A DNA stretch of 64,000 nucleotides, taken from the NCBI GenBank assembly GCA_965226055.1, contig CBDDCA010000004.1, forward strand, positions 64,001 to 128,000, given 5' to 3'. The stretch's first letter is position 1. The number at the start of each line of letters is the position of its first letter. Shown here in pieces: positions 50,927 through 60,672 of the stretch. The DNA is from Spirochaetia bacterium. GTDB taxonomy: Bacteria > Spirochaetota > Spirochaetia > WTKD01 > G963693115. The notes below the pieces were generated by a model. That model was not told the origin of the DNA, ran no database searches, and worked only from the letters and a program-made list of their open reading frames with translations. Made by a program: the position numbers and the translations under genes.

Positions 50927-52264
50927 ATGCAGAAAGAAATGCAAAGAAAAAAAGATCTTATCATGGTAGAACAAGAACTACTGTACAAGAAATTAGAAAA
51001 TGTAAATCTCAGAAAACTATTAAAGCAGAAAAAATATAAATATTTGAAAAAATTTATAAAGCCGTATCAGAAGGAAGGATCAAAGATAGTAAGAGCAAAA
51101 ATAGTCAAAAAGGGAGAAAAGAAAATATATGAGGCATATGAAAAAGAAAAATATTTATGTGATTTCTCATGCTGTGATTTTTTAGCAGAGGTAACATTTT
51201 GTAATTGTCTATTTAGCGAAGGAGCAAATTTCGAAGAAGCAATATTTAGCGAAAGAGCAACTTTTGAAACAATATTTAGTGGAAAAGCAAATTTTACGGA
51301 AGCAACATTTAGCAAAGAAGCATCTTTCATGAGAGCAACATTTAGTGAAGAAGTAAATTTTACGGAAGCAACATTTAGCGAAGGAGCAATTTTCGTGAGA
51401 GCAAAATTTAGTGGAGAAGCAAATTTTACGGAAGCAACATTTAGCAAAGAAGCATCTTTCATGAGAGCAAAATTTAGTGGAGAAGCAAATTTTAGAAAAG
51501 CAACATTTAGCGAACTAGTTCAGTTTAAAAATATTTTGTCGAAAGGAAATATGTATTTTGATGGGGCAAAATTTGAGAATAAGGTAAATTTTGAATATGC
51601 TATTTTTGAACAAAATATATGTGATTTGCCATCTAGAATAGAAGCAGAAGATGACAGTAAGGAAACATATCGGGCAATTAAGCATCAACTGTATAAACAA
51701 AATGACTATTTAGAAGCACATGATTATTATGTGAAAGAAATGGAGTCTTACCGAAAGAAGTTAGAAAATGATGAAGAAGAGAACAAACTACTAGATGAGT
51801 TTACTCTTAATGTACAGCGTGTTATGACTAATTATGGTCAAGATTGGTTTCGAGGCTTACGTTGGATTATTGAAATAAATTATATAACTACAATAATATT
51901 ATGGATATTATATGGTAATGAAATAAATCCTATATATAATTTAACTGTATTATACCATATTATTATCTTAGTGGGTATTATATGTTTGTTATTTGCTTTT
52001 TGGGAAGAATGTTTCAGTGGTTGTTCATGGATAATACTTATATTTTGTGTTTTAGTTCTGATATTTTATAGAGTATATCCTAATAATAAAGATTTTTTTC
52101 TACTTTTTCTCACTTTAATGAATCCTCTTGATACTATACGCGAAACACTCCCATGTTTCAGCAATGGCTTGTTTGATGTTATTGAGTTTATTATAAATAT
52201 AATAAACCTCTCACTGATATATCTTGTTATCTCGGCATTCCGCAGATTTTCTCGTAATAGGTAA
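50927..52264 (+). CDS. Pentapeptide-repeat protein with C-terminal TM domain
   Basis: FSxxAxFxxAx repeats, helical region (Y..EM), NYGQDW.R motif and ~4 TMs. Confidence 0.85.
   Translation: MQKEMQRKKDLIMVEQELLYKKLENVNLRKLLKQKKYKYLKKFIKPYQKEGSKIVRAKIVKKGEKKIYEAYEKEKYLCDFSCCDFLAEVTFCNCLFSEGANFEEAIFSERATFETIFSGKANFTEATFSKEASFMRATFSEEVNFTEATFSEGAIFVRAKFSGEANFTEATFSKEASFMRAKFSGEANFRKATFSELVQFKNILSKGNMYFDGAKFENKVNFEYAIFEQNICDLPSRIEAEDDSKETYRAIKHQLYKQNDYLEAHDYYVKEMESYRKKLENDEEENKLLDEFTLNVQRVMTNYGQDWFRGLRWIIEINYITTIILWILYGNEINPIYNLTVLYHIIILVGIICLLFAFWEECFSGCSWIILIFCVLVLIFYRVYPNNKDFFLLFLTLMNPLDTIRETLPCFSNGLFDVIEFIINIINLSLIYLVISAFRRFSRNR
51211..51530 (+). repeat. 33-nt tandem repeats (about nine units)
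   Basis: Units like tttagcgaaggagcaaattt...gcaaca; one unit is 30 nt; an exact ~53-nt block recurs at 51286 and 51418. Confidence 0.85.
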
Positions 52265-52286
52265 AATTCCAAATAAAAGCTATTTT

Positions 52287-53501
52287 TGGAGTTTTACTAT
52301 TTCGTATGAACCCTTTTGATAAAATCAGTATACCGTAAAATTTCTATTATGCCAAGTGTGTAAAGTTCGTGTTGTAAGGAAAGTATCAACAATAAGAGGG
52401 CGCAGAGTAAGTACACAAGGATCCAGAGAGGGACTTTTTTCTTTGAGTAATACAGCAGGAGAGCCGTGTTTATAAGAGTTATAGCGTTGATGATTAAAGC
52501 TATATTGATACTCACTACTTAAGTGTAAAAAAGTACTGAGAGTAGGATTCTGCATTTTTGCATAGCATTCAGTTTCAATAAGTTTATGAGAAGCCTCGAC
52601 ATCAGAATTGTAAGTAGGAGAAGCATATGGGATAGTAGTATGGCGTGCCTCGTATGCCGCAAGAGAAGCAACAAAAGCAGACTGTTTTGTACTAAAAGCC
52701 CCTGAGATAAACTCAGAGCCATTATCAGTTTGAATAGTAATAGAGGAAGTATCAACGTGAAAAGAAGCAAGATGAGTAAGCAGATATTCAATAAACAAAG
52801 CGGTATGAGAAGAGCTTTTTTGAGTGGCAAAGCATATCCATAAAGCCCCCGTAGCGACATCACGTGCGGTGATTTGATACTTTGGGAGACAAAACTTGCG
52901 TAATGAGAAGTATAATTCGGGGATATCAGTAAGATATTTAATGTCTACTTGTATTTTGTGACAAAATTGAAGTAGTGTTTTCCATAGGCGTACTTCTTGG
53001 TTTCTTTGTGCTTTTTGCTTTTTACTTGTCTTATAATACCCCATCTTTCTTAGATACTTAATAATAGTTTTTATGGAATAAGGAATGGTATACTCTCGTT
53101 TTATATGAGAGGCAATACATCGTTGATGATAGTGCTGTAATGTTTCGCATATCTCTTTGAGTTTTAACTGATAGTAAAGTATCATAGTATCTGGATGCTC
53201 TACTGAAGCAGGACGTCTATCATAGAGCATAGCTTTAGGCTTCTCTTTGTATCTTTGCAACCACTTGCGTACGGTATTAGGAGATACATGAAAGATACGA
53301 GCAGTACTTTTGATACCGTGTTCTTTCGCAGAAAGTGCTATAGCTAAGCGTACCTTATGCAGTTCTTTTTGATTTCTTGTATTATAAAGTGTAGAGTATA
53401 TCATGTACTCACCCCCTTTTTTTTGTTTTTGTTTATTATTTCCATGATAGTATAATTACTATCATGGATTTTGGGGGTTCACACAAGATGGTAAAAGTAC
53501 A
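52287..53501 (-). mobile_element. IS481-family insertion sequence (~1215 bp)
   Basis: Imperfect 27-bp terminal IRs (52287-52313 and 53475-53501, 21/27 matching, TG...CA ends) flanked by direct repeat ATAAAAGCTATTTT (52273-52286 and 53502-53515). Confidence 0.85.
52325..53404 (-). CDS. DDE transposase (IS481-like, HTH + integrase core)
   Basis: HTH GIKSTARIFHVSPNTVRKWLQRY; QVDIKY; QTDNGSEF; DVEASH. Confidence 0.9.
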   Translation of the reverse strand: MIYSTLYNTRNQKELHKVRLAIALSAKEHGIKSTARIFHVSPNTVRKWLQRYKEKPKAMLYDRRPASVEHPDTMILYYQLKLKEICETLQHYHQRCIASHIKREYTIPYSIKTIIKYLRKMGYYKTSKKQKAQRNQEVRLWKTLLQFCHKIQVDIKYLTDIPELYFSLRKFCLPKYQITARDVATGALWICFATQKSSSHTALFIEYLLTHLASFHVDTSSITIQTDNGSEFISGAFSTKQSAFVASLAAYEARHTTIPYASPTYNSDVEASHKLIETECYAKMQNPTLSTFLHLSSEYQYSFNHQRYNSYKHGSPAVLLKEKSPSLDPCVLTLRPLIVDTFLTTRTLHTWHNRNFTVY

Positions 53502-53577
53502 ATAAAAGCTATTTTTTCCTTTCTTTAAATTGCATAAACTGGTATTATATGTATGAGTATGTATACTATGCTATATA

Positions 53578-56526
53578 TTGTATATATACATAAAAGTTAT
53601 GAGAGGTCACTTTATGCAAAAATCTATATCATTTCGTTTTTTTATTTATGTGTGTTTATTAGCTATAATCAGTACTATTGCTTCTTTAATGCCATTACAG
53701 GCATATGAATATGAAGGTAAGAGTATAGTTCCTAAAAACATGGGGTATCCGATTGATTCGGGTTTTATCATAGGGGAGTTTAACAATAAATTACGCTATT
53801 TTATGCGTGAAAATGATAATCCGAAAGACACTGTTATAGTGAAACTTATTGTAGAAACAGGTTCAGCATACGAAGAGGAGAATGAGCAAGGCTTAGCTCA
53901 CTTTTTAGAGCATATGGCGTTTAATGGAACAAAAAATTTTCCGGGAACAACAGTCATTGATTTTATGCGAGAGCAAGGCATTGGGGAAGGGAGTCATTAC
54001 AATGCAAGTACAGGCTTTTATACTACGAGTTATGATTTAGAGTTGCCATCACCATCAGAGGATCCAGAAACATTTAGGACAGGGTTGCAAATTATTCGAG
54101 ATTGGCTATTTTACATTACTTTTGATAGTGCAGAGATAGAGAAAGAGCGAGGGGTAGTGCTAAGTGAGTTACGTGTAAGACGCGGGTTTAATCAAGATGT
54201 ATCTGATTTATTGGTATCAAATATATACAAAGACACAGTGTTATCACAGCGTTTTCCTATAGGAACAGAAGAACATATAGAGGCATTTACTAAAAAGGAT
54301 TTTGAGAAATTTTATAAGCGTTGGTATCATCCTCAGAATGCAGCACTGGTAGTAATTGGAGATATTGACTTAGATGTATATTTTCCCATTATAAAGCAGA
54401 TGTTTTCTATTACAGTAGAAGAAGAATTTTTGCCTCCAAGTCCCTCTGTGTTTGAAGTTCCACGTTTTCCTCGTAAAGATATGGCAGATATATTTACTAT
54501 GCACAGTGAACAAGCCACTGACTCTGAACTAACTATTGCTTTCAAACTTCCTCCTATCCCTGTTACTTCTTCAATCAAAGATATTGAACAAACATTATTG
54601 CTTTTTTTATTGTATCAATCTGTGAATGAGCGATTGACTGAGCTAACACAGGAAGAGAATTCTCCTGTACTATCAGCATATATGTCTGATTTTGATTTTA
54701 ATTTGAATAATAAGGCAGCTCCTGTTGTTTTATTTTATGCTTACATTGATGCCGAAAGAAAAGAAGAGGGTATTAGTGCTTTTACCGAAGCTCTTGTAAA
54801 AATATATGATTATGGTTTTAGTGAAGACGAAATCCAGAGTGCTAAAGATATACTTATCTCACAATTCTATCTTGACGCAGACTCAGAAGATAACGAATCT
54901 TTTGAGTTTGTATTGGGGGTTGAAGCAGCAGTAGTGAGTAAAAATTTTCTGTACTTGGCAGATGATGAGTGGTTGAGTGATTCGGTAAGTGATTTGTTGA
55001 AACCTTTTAAGAAAGAGCATGTACAGTATGTAATTTCACAGATATTTGAGAGTGAGGATAGAGTGGTGCTATTTTCTGAAAAAGAGGAAAGTATAGAAAC
55101 AGATACTATAAGAGAGATATTTTTTGAAGGTATTACTGCTCAATATACTCCTCCTGAAGAAAAACAACGACAGACATCATTACAGTTTAGTCCTGTATTA
55201 CAAATAGAACCTAATGAAGATGTCATTGTAAAAGAGCATTATTATCAAGAACTTGATATGTATAAATGGGAGCTTAAAAATGGGATAACAGTATATAGTA
55301 AAGATACAGATATTGAGGACAGTTCTATTTACTTTTCGGCTAAAAAGATAATTGATAGATTTTCGGATATAGAAGATACTAATATTGCTTTTTCTTCTCG
55401 TGAAATTGCAGGTAATTCAGGACTTGCTAATTTTAATGCAACAGAGTTTAGAAGATATTCTGATACATTACAGTTAAGCATAAGTCATAGTGTATATTCT
55501 GATGAATTACAGATAAATGGTTTTTCTAAAACATTTGATTTTGAGGAAGGGATGAAAATACTATACGAGAGTCTTGTGTACCCTAAATTTGATGAGAAAG
55601 CTATTCGTATATGGCAAAATGAAGTAAATAATGCCTTAAAACAAGAGCGTGATCCGTATTCTGTTTTTTCTGATAGAATAAACAGAATTGTTAATTCGTA
55701 TGATCCTCGTTATGAACGTATAAAAGCATCTACCGTAAATTCGGTTACGCAAGAGAAATTATTGTCTCTCAATAAAGAAATATATGGTAGTTTTAAGAAT
55801 TGGAAATTTTTCTTTGTAGGAAATTTAGATAAGGTGGATTTCAAGGATATTATAGTGAAATATATTGCAAATCTTCCCTATGATCCAAATGAAATAGAAC
55901 ACAAAGTTCAACCTACAGGGCTTTCTCTTGAGGGGTTTCGAGACATAGAGCTTGAATTCGAATCTATAGAAGAAAGCTCCACTGTAGCTCAGCTTATAGT
56001 GCCAATGGACAATGATATGCTCTTGTTTGATAAAAAAATATTAGCAAGAGCATTAGGATTACTTATAGATGTTCGCACTAATGATCTTATACGGGAAGAT
56101 TTAGGACTTTCTTATTCTCCTTATGCTGGTACATATTATAGTGAAGATAATGATACATTAGTGTTATATGTACGAGTATCACATGAAAAAGAAAATCGTC
56201 AAAGAATTGAGCAAGCAGTATTTAATATTATACAAGATATAAGTGTAGGAAATATATCATTATTAGAGTTGCAAAACATAAAAAAAGCAATTATAGAAGA
56301 AAGATACAGTATACTTGATAGTAATCAATTGATGATTAGCTATTTGAGTTATGCTCTCAGTAAAAGAGATGCTGATCAATATGTTAAGGATTATGTGTAT
56401 CCGGGCTATATCCTTGATATACTTATTGAAGATATCACTGTGGATAAAATTGCTGATTTTGCGAAATATGTTTCTGAAGAAGCACAAGGGCTTATTATTG
56501 CAACACTATCGCCAACTGAAGATTAA
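53578..56526 (+). CDS. M16-family zinc metallopeptidase (PqqL-like)
   Basis: GSAYEEENEQGLAHFLEHMAFNGT (HxxEH); ERGVVLSE; RFPIG; signal peptide; exact start uncertain. Confidence 0.92.
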   Translation: MYIYIKVMRGHFMQKSISFRFFIYVCLLAIISTIASLMPLQAYEYEGKSIVPKNMGYPIDSGFIIGEFNNKLRYFMRENDNPKDTVIVKLIVETGSAYEEENEQGLAHFLEHMAFNGTKNFPGTTVIDFMREQGIGEGSHYNASTGFYTTSYDLELPSPSEDPETFRTGLQIIRDWLFYITFDSAEIEKERGVVLSELRVRRGFNQDVSDLLVSNIYKDTVLSQRFPIGTEEHIEAFTKKDFEKFYKRWYHPQNAALVVIGDIDLDVYFPIIKQMFSITVEEEFLPPSPSVFEVPRFPRKDMADIFTMHSEQATDSELTIAFKLPPIPVTSSIKDIEQTLLLFLLYQSVNERLTELTQEENSPVLSAYMSDFDFNLNNKAAPVVLFYAYIDAERKEEGISAFTEALVKIYDYGFSEDEIQSAKDILISQFYLDADSEDNESFEFVLGVEAAVVSKNFLYLADDEWLSDSVSDLLKPFKKEHVQYVISQIFESEDRVVLFSEKEESIETDTIREIFFEGITAQYTPPEEKQRQTSLQFSPVLQIEPNEDVIVKEHYYQELDMYKWELKNGITVYSKDTDIEDSSIYFSAKKIIDRFSDIEDTNIAFSSREIAGNSGLANFNATEFRRYSDTLQLSISHSVYSDELQINGFSKTFDFEEGMKILYESLVYPKFDEKAIRIWQNEVNNALKQERDPYSVFSDRINRIVNSYDPRYERIKASTVNSVTQEKLLSLNKEIYGSFKNWKFFFVGNLDKVDFKDIIVKYIANLPYDPNEIEHKVQPTGLSLEGFRDIELEFESIEESSTVAQLIVPMDNDMLLFDKKILARALGLLIDVRTNDLIREDLGLSYSPYAGTYYSEDNDTLVLYVRVSHEKENRQRIEQAVFNIIQDISVGNISLLELQNIKKAIIEERYSILDSNQLMISYLSYALSKRDADQYVKDYVYPGYILDILIEDITVDKIADFAKYVSEEAQGLIIATLSPTED

Positions 56527-56623
56527 TGGTGTACATATAAGTATAGTGCTCTATTGTATGCCTATAGTGTAATTTTTTGAATTTGTTATTTAGAATTATT
56601 TCAATATACCGAAATTCTAAATA

Positions 56624-59600
56624 ATGAAAACTGTACGTATTTGTTTATCAGCTATCATGTTAATAGCTGGTGCTATTGTTCTCACTTTTTTGGTTGTTAA
56701 TACACAAGATGTAAAAAATAGTATAGGCAATTTTTTACTTTCCAGCTATTCCTTTATGGGTTACACTGTACCTCTTTTTTTCTTTTGGCTATTTTATATT
56801 ATCATGAGAAAAGATTCTGTATTACGTTCAGTGACATGGCCCTTGTTTGCATTGATTCCTTTCTTTTTCTTTAGTTTATCGTTTCGTACTTTCTTGTGGA
56901 GTGCAGGAACAACATTACCTCCTTTCTGGGCAGTAACACAGTTGTTTGGTCAAAGTGGAGCAGGAGTATTTTGGGTAGTGTTGGGCACCAGTACTGTGCT
57001 AGCACTGTCTCTACTGTATTATATATCAAGTGCAAGAGCTATAGTGCAACAAACTATAGTACAACAAAATAATAATCAAGAAACACAATCGTCAGTGCGA
57101 CAAAATTCGTTACAATACAATGAAAGTATCACCCCTTATGCTCGATACCAAAAAAATCCTATTCTTACACAAAAAATAACTGCTCAGCAGTATAGTCCTA
57201 CAACAGTGTCTTCACAGTCTATGTATCATCCTGTAGAACATTTTCATCATCATGAGAGTACTCATGATACCGCTCTTAAGAAAGAAGCTACTGCTGTTAC
57301 CTCTACTAATGAAGGGGTATATAAAAAAGAAGTCTCTCATATAGATGCTTCTCAAGAGAGAGATAATGAACAAAAGGATATGCATTTACAATATGCTTCA
57401 TATCCAACAGGGCTAGAAACAGAGAGAAATGAAGAAATATCCCTTTCAAGAAATGATTCTCGCTATATTCTGTTCTTTCATAAAGATACTTCTGTACGTA
57501 AACAGTTATACTATACTGAATATGAACGTGAGCTTTTACAGGATCGTATTCCTATAGGAGTAGAAGGATTTACCAATGTCCCTAAAGATTCTTCTATGCA
57601 AGAAAAGAGACATACCATTACTACTACAAGTGAACCACGCAATAGTATAGCTTCTAACAGTAATAGACTGGTATCTAAACATGAAGTTGATGCTGACAAT
57701 AGTAACGCACAAGAGGGAGCAAGAGGAGAGTCAGGAACTGCTGTGCTGGATCGTGTATCTCATGAGAATGAAGTGTTTAGTAATGATGAAGTTGATATTT
57801 TTGATATACATACTACAGATACCCTTATAGAAACAAACAATAATAATGATGAAAATGCTTTTTTGCAATTAGATGACAACGATGAAATGCTTGCTTATCA
57901 GAAAGAATTTGAGACTGAAGAGTTAGAGGATGCACTAGATGATAATGTATTTGATGGGTATTTTGATGAATCTATATCTGATGCCGATGATTCTCGCATG
58001 CAACAAGATAAACAAGTACCTGTATCTGTAATAGAGGATAGTCATCAAAAGCAGTATGTACATGAATATGAAGGAGTGCATACTAAAGAATCTATACATA
58101 AAGAGCTAGATGAAATAGTGGAAAAAAAGCTAAAGATGCAACAACAAGACAATGCTGATGTATCGAAAGAGCAATCAGAGTCTTCTTCTTTACAGAAAAA
58201 TAATACTATGGTGAATGCACAGAAGTCTATGGAAGATGCCCATATATCCCATATACAAAGTGAAGAAAGTAACAAAACAGGGGATAATGATACTTTTGCT
58301 GATATCAGTGTTGATACTATTAACAAGGGAGAAATACCAACTTCTGAGGATTTTAGCAGAAAGATTGGTGCTATACTTAAAAAAGAACATATTGCAGATG
58401 CAGGTGAGTCTGATTCAAATGCCTCTATAGATATGAAAAAAAAAATTACTAAGACAGCCTCTTCTTCTTCACAGTTAAAGAAACGTAAAAAGAAGTACTT
58501 TATTCCAATATCTGGAGTCTTAAATCCTCCAATACAAGTATCATCTTTAGATACTTCTGCTTTACAAGAGATATCGCAACGGCTTGAAGTAACATTACAA
58601 GAGTTTAGTATTCAAGCAAAAGTTGTATCTGTATGTAGAGGCCCAGTAGTAACATTGTTTGAAATAGTACCTGCATCAGGAGTGAGGGTACGTCGTATTG
58701 TTGAGTTGAGTGATAATATTGCATTGCGTTTAGCGGCTCCAAGTATACGTATTGTGGCTCCTATTCCTGGAAAAGAAGCGGTAGGGATTGAGGTTCCAAA
58801 TAAAAACAGTGATATTGTTAGTTTTTCTGAACTTATATCTCAAAGTGAGTTTCATAATAAAAACTTTGTGTTGCCAATAGCACTTGGTAAAAGTATTCTT
58901 GCAAAAACAGTTGTTGTTGATCTTGCCAAAACTCCTCATATGCTTATTGCTGGTGCTACTGGGAGCGGTAAATCGGTATGTGTTAATTCTATTATTTGTT
59001 CGCTCCTGTACAGTTGTGAACCTGAAAATGTCAAACTTATTCTTATTGATCCTAAGATTGTTGAGTTGAGTTTTTATAATGATATTCCTCACTTGCTTAC
59101 TCCAGTAATAAGTGATCCTGTTAAGTCAGTAAAAGTACTGCATTGGTGTGTAGAGGAAATGGAACGAAGATATGCTATGCTTGAACAGTATAATGTAAGA
59201 GAAATAGAAAGCTATAACAAGAAAATTTATATGCATAATCCTAATGCACAAAAGATGAGTTATATAGTTATTATTATAGACGAATTTGCTGATTTAATGA
59301 TGACAAGTGGTAAGGAAATAGAAACACTTGTATCGCGCATTACGGCTAAATCAAGAGCTATAGGAATACACCTTGTTATTGCTACTCAGAGACCATCGAC
59401 TGATGTTATTACTGGACTTATTAAATCTAATGTTCCTACTCGTATATCGTTTATGGTTGCCAGTAAAATAGATTCTCGGATTATACTTGATGTAAACGGT
59501 GCAGAAAAATTGCTTGGAAAAGGAGATATGCTCTATTCTTCGGCACAACATCCTTTTCCTGATAGATTACAAGGAGCATATCTTGAGGAGGGAGAAGTAG

Positions 59601-59890
59601 AGCGGGTAGTAGAACAGGTAAAGCAAGTAGGAGGAAGTCCACAATATATGGATGAATCTCTGTTTGAACAAGATAAACAGGAAGGAGAAGGCATCGGAGG
59701 TGTAGATGATTTATTATGGGATCATGCAGTAGAAGAGGTTATACAAAGTAGAAGAGCTTCTGCATCTCATTTACAACGGAGATTTAAGATAGGGTATAAT
59801 AGAGCAGCAAGGCTTATTGATGATATGGAATACAAGGGGATTATTGGTCCACAACAAGGAGGAAAGCAACGAGAAGTACTTATTGCATAA
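56624..59890 (+). CDS. ftsK: DNA translocase FtsK
   Basis: N-terminal TMs, long disordered linker, PHMLIAGATGSGKS, IIDEFADLM, ATQRPS, gamma domain LQRRFKIGYNRAARL. Confidence 0.96.
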   Translation: MKTVRICLSAIMLIAGAIVLTFLVVNTQDVKNSIGNFLLSSYSFMGYTVPLFFFWLFYIIMRKDSVLRSVTWPLFALIPFFFFSLSFRTFLWSAGTTLPPFWAVTQLFGQSGAGVFWVVLGTSTVLALSLLYYISSARAIVQQTIVQQNNNQETQSSVRQNSLQYNESITPYARYQKNPILTQKITAQQYSPTTVSSQSMYHPVEHFHHHESTHDTALKKEATAVTSTNEGVYKKEVSHIDASQERDNEQKDMHLQYASYPTGLETERNEEISLSRNDSRYILFFHKDTSVRKQLYYTEYERELLQDRIPIGVEGFTNVPKDSSMQEKRHTITTTSEPRNSIASNSNRLVSKHEVDADNSNAQEGARGESGTAVLDRVSHENEVFSNDEVDIFDIHTTDTLIETNNNNDENAFLQLDDNDEMLAYQKEFETEELEDALDDNVFDGYFDESISDADDSRMQQDKQVPVSVIEDSHQKQYVHEYEGVHTKESIHKELDEIVEKKLKMQQQDNADVSKEQSESSSLQKNNTMVNAQKSMEDAHISHIQSEESNKTGDNDTFADISVDTINKGEIPTSEDFSRKIGAILKKEHIADAGESDSNASIDMKKKITKTASSSSQLKKRKKKYFIPISGVLNPPIQVSSLDTSALQEISQRLEVTLQEFSIQAKVVSVCRGPVVTLFEIVPASGVRVRRIVELSDNIALRLAAPSIRIVAPIPGKEAVGIEVPNKNSDIVSFSELISQSEFHNKNFVLPIALGKSILAKTVVVDLAKTPHMLIAGATGSGKSVCVNSIICSLLYSCEPENVKLILIDPKIVELSFYNDIPHLLTPVISDPVKSVKVLHWCVEEMERRYAMLEQYNVREIESYNKKIYMHNPNAQKMSYIVIIIDEFADLMMTSGKEIETLVSRITAKSRAIGIHLVIATQRPSTDVITGLIKSNVPTRISFMVASKIDSRIILDVNGAEKLLGKGDMLYSSAQHPFPDRLQGAYLEEGEVERVVEQVKQVGGSPQYMDESLFEQDKQEGEGIGGVDDLLWDHAVEEVIQSRRASASHLQRRFKIGYNRAARLIDDMEYKGIIGPQQGGKQREVLIA

Positions 59891-59914
59891 TAATACTATT
59901 GTAGTAAAAAGATA

Positions 59915-60670
59915 CTATGTAATATTACGCTCTTTTCGTATGCTATCCCATGCGTTTTGTATTTCCAAAAAACGTTTCTTTGCCTGTTCTATCATAGAAG
60001 GAGACATTCCTTTGCTTTTTAGCATATCAGGATGGTATTCTTTTACTAGTCGCTTGTATGTTTTTTTGATTTCAACATCGCTTGCATCTTTGCTAACACC
60101 GAGTATGTGATACGACTGTTCGGTGCTTGCTTGAAATGAATTCATCATATGATGTAATTCACTCATGCTTATTGAAAATATTCTCGCAACACTTTGTAAT
60201 ATACTTTCTTCTTCAGATGATATTACTCCATCTGCGGATGCTATGCCTGCAAGCTGATAGAGTAGTTGTCTTTCTACTTGCGGGGCACTATGAAATAAAT
60301 TATGAAATTCATGTGCAAGCTCATCTATGCTTTTTGTTTCGTTTTTTGCATTATTAAAATAGTGTATTGCTGAACTCTTGTATTCTGTATTAAGATTTAG
60401 TTTATTGATAAGATCAACTACATAGTCTCCTTCCTGTTTTGATATAGTTCCATCTGCTTTTGCTATTTTTCCTAACAGGGTAAAAAAGGTATAGAAGTAT
60501 AATTCTTGCATTTCTTGAATTCTACTTCCATTAAGTGTACTAAATATATTTGAGTATCCTCGTCTTGCTCTTGCATTTAAGAATAGATTGCCAAGAAACA
60601 TTCCAAGAAAAATACCATAAATACTGCGAAAAATATAATAGCCAAGTATGGCTCCAATTAGCATGCCCAT
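59915..60670 (-). CDS. djlA: Co-chaperone DjlA (TerB-like + J domain)
   Basis: N-terminal TM; KIAKADG; J domain with YHPD motif. Confidence 0.88.
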   Translation of the reverse strand: MGMLIGAILGYYIFRSIYGIFLGMFLGNLFLNARARRGYSNIFSTLNGSRIQEMQELYFYTFFTLLGKIAKADGTISKQEGDYVVDLINKLNLNTEYKSSAIHYFNNAKNETKSIDELAHEFHNLFHSAPQVERQLLYQLAGIASADGVISSEEESILQSVARIFSISMSELHHMMNSFQASTEQSYHILGVSKDASDVEIKKTYKRLVKEYHPDMLKSKGMSPSMIEQAKKRFLEIQNAWDSIRKERNIT

Positions 60671-60672
60671 AT

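Noticed and set aside
50581-50988. 135-aa minus-strand ORF
   Set aside because: Antisense shadow of the plus-strand gene at 50501, which has a clear GGAGG SD.
51211-51530. 33-nt repeats as a CRISPR array or DGR template/variable pair
   Set aside because: Contiguous in-frame coding repeats without unique spacers; differences are not adenine-specific and no reverse transcriptase is present.
57050-58500. Long low-complexity insert in ftsK as a possible intein or fused domain
   Set aside because: No intein motifs; long disordered linkers are normal for FtsK.
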